A stretch of 64,000 nt of DNA from Lysobacteraceae bacterium (GTDB taxonomy: Bacteria; Bdellovibrionota; UBA1018; JAGTJX01), in NCBI GenBank assembly GCA_023657465.1, contig JAGTJX010000001.1:460358-524357 (forward strand). Direction: 5' to 3'. Made by a program: the position numbers and the translations under genes. How positions within the stretch are numbered: position 1 is the first letter of the stretch; every line of letters starts with the position of its first letter. Shown here piece after piece: positions 58,358-64,000 of this stretch. The notes under the pieces are model-generated. The model worked only from the letters and a program-made list of their open reading frames with translations. It ran no database searches and was not told the DNA's origin.

Positions 58358-61300
58358 ATGAAAGATCTTCTAAACTTTTTTGATAAGCCAAAAGATCCAT
58401 TGAGCTTTAAAGGCATTCGAATTTCTTTGGCATCCCCAGAGAAAATTCGGGAGTGGTCATACGGCGAAGTGAAAAAGCCTGAGACGATTAACTATCGTAC
58501 GTTCAAACCTGAGCGTGATGGTTTGTTCTGCGCAAAAATCTTTGGACCTGTGAAAGATTACGAATGTATCTGCGGCAAATACAAGCGCATGAAACACCGT
58601 GGAGTAGTTTGCGAAAAATGCGGAGTTGAAGTCATTCAATCCAAAGTTCGTCGTGAACGCCTAGGTCACATTGAATTAGCGACTCCAGTGGCTCACATCT
58701 GGTTTTTAAGATCACTCCCTTCACGTATTGGAGCTCTCTTAGATCTTTCTCTTAAAGATGTAGAAAAAGTTCTCTATTGCGAAGCTTTCGTTCTCGTTGA
58801 TCCAGGTAATTCTGGTCTCGAAGAAAACAGTCTCGTTCTAGAAGATAAGTATAACCAGCTCATGAAAGATGGAAACACTTTCACTGCAGGTATGGGCGGC
58901 GAATCCGTTCGTGATCTCTTGAAGAATATCGATCTCGAGACACTTTCTCGTCAGCTACGCCGTGACATGAAACAAACTTCATCAGAAGCTCAACGTACCA
59001 AGCTCGCTAAGCGCTTGAACGTTGTTGAATCATTCCGCTCAAGTGGCATTAATCGTCCAGAGTGGATGATGCTTGAAGTGATTCCAGTCATCCCTCCAGA
59101 ATTAAGACCACTCGTTCCTCTCGATGGCGGAAGATTCGCAACTTCAGATCTTAACGATCTCTATCGACGCGTAATCAACCGTAACAATCGTTTGAAACGC
59201 CTCATGGAACTCAATGCTCCTGAAATCATCATCAGAAACGAAAAACGTATGCTTCAAGAATCTGTGGATGCTCTCTTCGACAACGGTCGAAGAGGCAAAG
59301 TTTTCACTGGTGCTAACAAGCGTCCACTTCGTTCACTCTCTGAGATGCTCAAAGGGAAAGCAGGTCGATTCCGTCAGAACTTGTTAGGTAAGCGCGTAGA
59401 TTACTCAGGTCGTTCAGTGATCGTTGTTGGTCCTGAACTCCGTTTACATCAGTGCGGATTGCCGAAAGTCATGGCTCTCGAGCTATTCAAGCCTTTCATT
59501 TATAACAAACTCTCTGAGTACGGTTATGTGACCACCATTAAGTCTGCGAAGAAAATGGTTGAGAAACAACGCCAAGAAGTTTGGGATATCTTAGAAGAAG
59601 TAGTCAAAGAACATCCAGTACTCCTCAATCGCGCTCCAACTCTTCATAGACTTGGTATTCAAGCGTTTGAACCTGTACTCATAGAAGGAAAAGCGATTCA
59701 GCTTCACCCTCTCGTTTGCTCGGCTTTCAACGCCGACTTCGACGGTGACCAAATGGCTGTTCACGTTCCTCTTTCAATCGAAGCTCAAATTGAAGCTCGC
59801 GTATTGATGATGTCTACGAACAACATTCTTTCTCCAGCTAACGGAAAGCCAGTCATCGTTCCTACTCAAGATATCGTCTTGGGTCTGTATTACATGACTC
59901 GTGAACGTCCGTTTGCAGCAGGCGAAGGCCGTAGTTTCTCGAATCCTGACGAAGCACAATTTGCTCTCGACTCAGGCATCGTAGATCTACAATCCAGAGT
60001 AAAATGCCGTATTCGTGGTAAGTCCTACGAGACTACAGTCGGTCGCGCGATTCTTTCTAAAATCTTGCCAGACGAGCTTCCGTTCAGTCTGATCAACAAG
60101 GTCTCAGGCAAAAAAGAATTAGCTGACCTCATGGATCAATGCTTCCGTCTTTGTGGAAACAAGAAAACTGTTCTTCTCGCTGACCATTTGATGCAAACAG
60201 GCTTCAAACAAGCGATGAAGGGTGGAATTTCGATTTCTATCCACGACATGAAAATGCCATCTGAGAAACAACCTCTCTTAGGCAAAGCATACGAACAAGT
60301 TCAAGAAATCGAGAACCAATACGTTGAAGGTCTCATCACAGACGGTGAGCGCTACAATAAGGTGATCGATATTTGGGCACAAACCTCTGAACAGATCACG
60401 ACAGCGATGATGAAAAACTTATCGACAGACGTGTTCAAGGCTCCTGCAAACTCAAAAGATAAAGATAAAAAAGACGTAGTTGGACCTTCATTCAACTCTG
60501 TCTTCATCATGGCTGATTCAGGCGCAAGGGGTTCTACTGCTCAGATCCGACAGTTAGCAGGTATGAGAGGTTTGATGGCGAAACCGTCAGGCGAGATCAT
60601 CGAAAACCCGATCGTTGCTAACTTCCGTGAAGGTCTCTCTGTTCTCGAATACTTCGTCTCCACTCACGGTGCTCGTAAGGGCCTCGCAGATACAGCTCTT
60701 AAAACAGCTAACTCTGGTTACCTCACACGCCGTCTCGTAGACGTAGCTCAAGACGTTATTGTTCACGATTACGATTGCGGTACTAAAGACGGTATCGTCA
60801 TGACTCCGCTCATTGAAGGCGGCGAAGTGATTGAAACTCTCTCTAACCGTATTCTTGGTCGCGTGAATCTGGAAGACGTTCTCGATCCAATTAACAGCGA
60901 AGTTGTTGTTAAGGCTGGAACAGAGCTCGACGAAGATGTTGTTAAGAAGATTGAAGAAGCAGGTATTGACCGCGTAAAAATCCGCTCAGTGCTCACTTGC
61001 CAAACTAAGGTTGGTATTTGTGCTCTCTGCTATGGCCGAGATCTCGGTCGTGGAAGAATGGTTTCAAACGGTGAAGCAACTGGCGTTATCGCAGCTCAAT
61101 CAATCGGTGAACCAGGAACTCAGCTCACTATGAGAACGTTCCACATCGGTGGTGCGGCTTCCAGACACGCTGAAGCATCAAACCTCGAAGCTAAGACTAA
61201 AGGTACTGTTAAACTCGTTAACGTTACTTCTGTTAAGAACAAAGAAGGCTACCTTACTGTTATGAATCGTAACGGTGAAGTGGTCATCGTGGATGCTAAC

Positions 61301-62518
61301 GGACGTGAACGTGAGAAATATCCAGTCGTATACGGCGCGAAACTTCTCAAGAAAGACGGAGACTCTGTTGAAAAAGGTACACTCGTAGCTGAGTGGGATC
61401 CGTATTCAACTCCGATCATCACTGAGGTTTCAGGAAAAGTGAAGTTTGAGGACATTGAAGAAGGTGTCACCATGACTGAGCAATTCGACTCTGTGACCGG
61501 TCTCTCACACAAAGTTATTACTGAATCCAAATCGACTGACCGTCGTCCTAAGTTATTGATCCTAGGACCAGATGGTGAGCCTCTGAAGATTTCAGGAGCG
61601 ATCAGCCGTGTGGCTCGTTACATGCTTCCAGTTGGCGCTAACTTGGTTGTTAACGACGGTGACGAAGTTAAAGCCGGTGACACGATCGTTAAGATCCACC
61701 GGGAATCGTCTAAAACTAAAGACATTACAGGCGGTCTTCCACGTGTTGCAGAACTCTTCGAAGCTCGTAAACCTAAGGACTCAGCAGTTATTACTGAGAT
61801 CGACGGTATGGTTTCATTTGGTAAAGACACCAAAGGTAAACGAAAGATCATCGTTACTCCAGAAAGTGGCGAACCACGTGAATACCTCATCGGAAAAGGT
61901 AAGCACTTGGCTGTCAATGAAGGCGACTACGTCAAAGCAGGCGAGCCTCTCATGGATGGACCAATCAATCCGCACGATATTCTCCGCGTGATGGGAGAAA
62001 AGGCGCTAGCTAAATACCTCGTAGACGAAGTTCAAGAAGTTTATCGTCTCCAAGGTGTGAAGATTAACGACAAGCACATCGAGATCATCGTTCGTTCGAT
62101 GCTAAGAAAAGTAAAAGTTAAAGACGTTGGTGATACAGCGTTCTTGTCAGGTGAGAGTGTTGAAAGACTCGAGTACGAAGCAGAAAATACTCGTGTACTT
62201 GCTACCGGTGGAGCTCCAGCTACATGTGAGCCGCTCCTCTTAGGTATCACTAAAGCATCACTCACAACTGAAAGCTTTATTTCAGCAGCTTCATTCCAAG
62301 AGACGACAAAAGTTCTCACCGAAGCTTCTATCAGCGGTAAGGTCGATTACCTCCGCGGATTGAAAGAAAACGTGATTATGGGTCGTTTGATCCCTGCAGG
62401 TACAGGTCTCATGAAATACAAAGGCATGACGATCTCTGTAGAAGGTCAGGAAGAAGCTAAGTCACAGGTTGTTCCTGTGCGAGAAACAGTTGTTGCACAA
62501 CCTACTGTTCAAGCTTAA
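58358..62518 (+). CDS. rpoC: DNA-directed RNA polymerase subunit beta'
   Basis: Zn-binding CxCGKYK...CEKCGVEV, catalytic NADFDGDQM, trigger loop and bridge helix blocks. Confidence 0.98.
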   Translation: MKDLLNFFDKPKDPLSFKGIRISLASPEKIREWSYGEVKKPETINYRTFKPERDGLFCAKIFGPVKDYECICGKYKRMKHRGVVCEKCGVEVIQSKVRRERLGHIELATPVAHIWFLRSLPSRIGALLDLSLKDVEKVLYCEAFVLVDPGNSGLEENSLVLEDKYNQLMKDGNTFTAGMGGESVRDLLKNIDLETLSRQLRRDMKQTSSEAQRTKLAKRLNVVESFRSSGINRPEWMMLEVIPVIPPELRPLVPLDGGRFATSDLNDLYRRVINRNNRLKRLMELNAPEIIIRNEKRMLQESVDALFDNGRRGKVFTGANKRPLRSLSEMLKGKAGRFRQNLLGKRVDYSGRSVIVVGPELRLHQCGLPKVMALELFKPFIYNKLSEYGYVTTIKSAKKMVEKQRQEVWDILEEVVKEHPVLLNRAPTLHRLGIQAFEPVLIEGKAIQLHPLVCSAFNADFDGDQMAVHVPLSIEAQIEARVLMMSTNNILSPANGKPVIVPTQDIVLGLYYMTRERPFAAGEGRSFSNPDEAQFALDSGIVDLQSRVKCRIRGKSYETTVGRAILSKILPDELPFSLINKVSGKKELADLMDQCFRLCGNKKTVLLADHLMQTGFKQAMKGGISISIHDMKMPSEKQPLLGKAYEQVQEIENQYVEGLITDGERYNKVIDIWAQTSEQITTAMMKNLSTDVFKAPANSKDKDKKDVVGPSFNSVFIMADSGARGSTAQIRQLAGMRGLMAKPSGEIIENPIVANFREGLSVLEYFVSTHGARKGLADTALKTANSGYLTRRLVDVAQDVIVHDYDCGTKDGIVMTPLIEGGEVIETLSNRILGRVNLEDVLDPINSEVVVKAGTELDEDVVKKIEEAGIDRVKIRSVLTCQTKVGICALCYGRDLGRGRMVSNGEATGVIAAQSIGEPGTQLTMRTFHIGGAASRHAEASNLEAKTKGTVKLVNVTSVKNKEGYLTVMNRNGEVVIVDANGREREKYPVVYGAKLLKKDGDSVEKGTLVAEWDPYSTPIITEVSGKVKFEDIEEGVTMTEQFDSVTGLSHKVITESKSTDRRPKLLILGPDGEPLKISGAISRVARYMLPVGANLVVNDGDEVKAGDTIVKIHRESSKTKDITGGLPRVAELFEARKPKDSAVITEIDGMVSFGKDTKGKRKIIVTPESGEPREYLIGKGKHLAVNEGDYVKAGEPLMDGPINPHDILRVMGEKALAKYLVDEVQEVYRLQGVKINDKHIEIIVRSMLRKVKVKDVGDTAFLSGESVERLEYEAENTRVLATGGAPATCEPLLLGITKASLTTESFISAASFQETTKVLTEASISGKVDYLRGLKENVIMGRLIPAGTGLMKYKGMTISVEGQEEAKSQVVPVRETVVAQPTVQA

Positions 62519-62549
62519 TAAGCTAGGATATGTAGGTGTAAATTTGGAT

Positions 62550-62625
62550 GGGCGATTAGCTCAGCGGTAGAGCAGGGTCTTTACACGGCCAAGGTCGTAG
62601 GTTCAATCCCTTCATCGCCCACCAT
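62550..62625 (+). tRNA. tRNA-Val (anticodon TAC), with atypical mismatches
   Basis: Acceptor GGGCGAT/ATCGCCC, D-arm TAGCTCAGCGGTAGAGC, loop TTTACAC, CCA end; one mismatch each in the anticodon stem and T stem. Confidence 0.55.
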
Positions 62626-62634
62626 TTTTTTCTG

Positions 62635-62721
62635 GGTCTATACCGGACACATAGGTAACAGATTATACCGGAGACATGGATAACACTTTCGGGCCAAAGG
62701 GGAGGTCTATACCGGACACAT
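62635..62721. repeat. Three direct copies of a TATACCGGA(C/G)ACAT motif (two exact 18-bp copies GGTCTATACCGGACACAT) downstream of tRNA-Val
   Basis: Copies at 62635-62652, 62664-62677 (one mismatch) and 62704-62721, read directly. Confidence 0.8.
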
Positions 62722-62816
62722 TTAATCCTGTCATTGCATATCCTTATAAAGCTAGACAATCCGTTTTTGATAAGTTAGCTACCAGTTGCAGATTAAATTT
62801 CAAAATGGAGAAAAAA

Positions 62817-63098
62817 ATGAAAGTATTTTTAACGATTTTAACATTTTCAATTTCGATTAGTGCGCTTGCGGATAGGGACGTAGTTCGTCTCACTAATGGT
62901 GGATCCTTTGAGACATCAAGTGGAACAATGATAACTTGCACAGGAACGATTATCAAAAAAGATGTTGCGTGCTTTTGTAATTCAAATAACACACTTTATA
63001 TTGTTAGAACAACGACTAAGGGAGACGCAGTCTTGGGTAGATTCGACACTAAAAAAGAATGTCTAAAGGATTTAGCCACTCGATCCGACTGTAATTAA
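62817..63098 (+). CDS. Small secreted Cys-rich protein (hypothetical)
   Basis: RBS GGAG 6 nt upstream of ATG 62817; signal peptide MKVFLTILTFSISISALA; 5 Cys in a mature peptide of about 75 aa. Confidence 0.4.
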   Translation: MKVFLTILTFSISISALADRDVVRLTNGGSFETSSGTMITCTGTIIKKDVACFCNSNNTLYIVRTTTKGDAVLGRFDTKKECLKDLATRSDCN

Positions 63099-63148
63099 TT
63101 TGCAATTATAGAAATCCGGCAAAGGTTTCCTTTGTTAGTAAAATAATT

Positions 63149-63721
63149 ATGGAAATCGAAAATCTAGAAAAAGAAATAGATCTGATTTCAGAAGAGTTTG
63201 GAGCTTTTGCTCAAAGACTAACGTTTGAACAATGTCTAAGATTAGCGCTCAAACTCACAGAGGCTATTTCAAAAGAGCTTCATGAACCAAACTTAAAACG
63301 AGTTTTAGTTGAAACAGCAGCTGTACTGAAAGAAGCTAAATCACCAATTAAATGCGGTCATTCTAAGCTGATTAGTCTTTACGAAAAAGTAGAGGGAATA
63401 TGCGATGCAATGAGCGATCGTCTGGAACAAATTCCCGAAGGAAGTGACATTAATTTGGAGATTCGTTTTGCTGCAGCTAGTGTGTGCGCAGACCTCGTTG
63501 ACCTCTGTAGTGACGCCACTGTTTCTGATAGTGATGGAGAGTTTGAGTCTGAAAGCTTTGCAAGAGAGCAACTCAAGGACATGTTCAGTCATGTTGGATT
63601 TATTTTGAGCTTGAGAGAGTATTTCAAGCAAGATTTGACAGACGAGAGCGTCATGACTGAATGCTACAAATTCAGAAAAAACAGTCTAGAAAAGATTTAT
63701 AAAGAAGCGGAAGCAATCTAA
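63149..63721 (+). CDS. Acidic cytoplasmic hypothetical protein
   Basis: 190-aa ORF rich in Glu/Asp, several Cys, no signal peptide. Confidence 0.4.
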   Translation: MEIENLEKEIDLISEEFGAFAQRLTFEQCLRLALKLTEAISKELHEPNLKRVLVETAAVLKEAKSPIKCGHSKLISLYEKVEGICDAMSDRLEQIPEGSDINLEIRFAAASVCADLVDLCSDATVSDSDGEFESESFAREQLKDMFSHVGFILSLREYFKQDLTDESVMTECYKFRKNSLEKIYKEAEAI

Positions 63722-63742
63722 GCCAGATATCAAGTAAAAAAC

Positions 63743-64000
63743 TTACAGCTTGGACTTGACCCAGTCCTTCACTCGTAGTTCTAAAATATTCAGCGACAGT
63801 GTTCCTTCTCCGATAACTACACTGTGAAAATCTTTAATATCAAACTTAGATCCGAGTTTTGACTCTGCCATTTTTCTTAACTCAATGATTTTCAGCTGCC
63901 CGATTTTATAACCTAGAGCCTGACCTGGCCAAATAGAATAACGATTAGCTTCATTACTGATATCCTTCTTGCCAGTGGCGAGATGTTCATCCATGTAGGC
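63743..64000 (-). CDS. DUF885-family protein, C-terminal fragment (gene continues beyond the window end)
   Basis: ...NRYSIWPGQALGYKIGQLKIIELRK...LGSKFDIKDFHSVVIGEGTLSLNILE matches the conserved DUF885 C-terminus. Confidence 0.55.
   Translation of the reverse strand, partial: AYMDEHLATGKKDISNEANRYSIWPGQALGYKIGQLKIIELRKMAESKLGSKFDIKDFHSVVIGEGTLSLNILELRVKDWVKSKL

Overview
This 64 kb window is a chromosomal segment of a Gram-negative bacterium with about 45% GC. It is densely coded with housekeeping genes, many overlapping by 1 or 4 nt. A tol-pal remnant (pal, cpoB), many predicted outer-membrane beta-barrels, lgt/lspA and a TolC-like gene support the Gram-negative assignment. The abundance of secreted hydrolases (metzincin, S8 subtilisin, patatin) suggests a Bdellovibrio-like predatory lineage, but this is inference, not a database result. 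Core content: metallophosphoesterase-ilvA; tatA (missed by the ORF track); a NitT/TauT-type ABC importer; lon; rpoZ-smpB-ksgA-tsaD; radA; ligA; ogt; nth; mltG; rho-prfA-prmC-murA-HIT; lgt-lspA; rnhA; and the tRNA(Thr-Tyr-Gly-Thr)-tufB-tRNA(Trp)-secE-nusG-rplKAJL-rpoBC supercluster. Accessory features worth a second look: (1) a SAM-methyltransferase pseudogene wedged inside the tRNA cluster, broken at a (CA)6 tract and by an in-frame TGA; (2) a fused wHTH-nucleotidyltransferase with a TAATG-coupled small partner ORF that may be a toxin-antitoxin-like module; (3) a Cys-rich Flp/TadE-like prepilin ORF coupled to a truC-like gene; (4) an excisionase-like HTH regulator coupled to two beta-barrel proteins with a perfect palindrome in its promoter region; (5) a metzincin with a GlyGly-CTERM/MYXO-CTERM-like sorting tail; (6) three direct repeats after a tRNA-Val, followed by a small Cys-rich secreted protein and an acidic protein; (7) RNase HI with a basic C-terminal extension; (8) a G7 tract in the subtilisin ribosome-binding site. 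No CRISPR array, transposase or rRNA was seen. All protein assignments rest on motifs read by eye, with no database searches.
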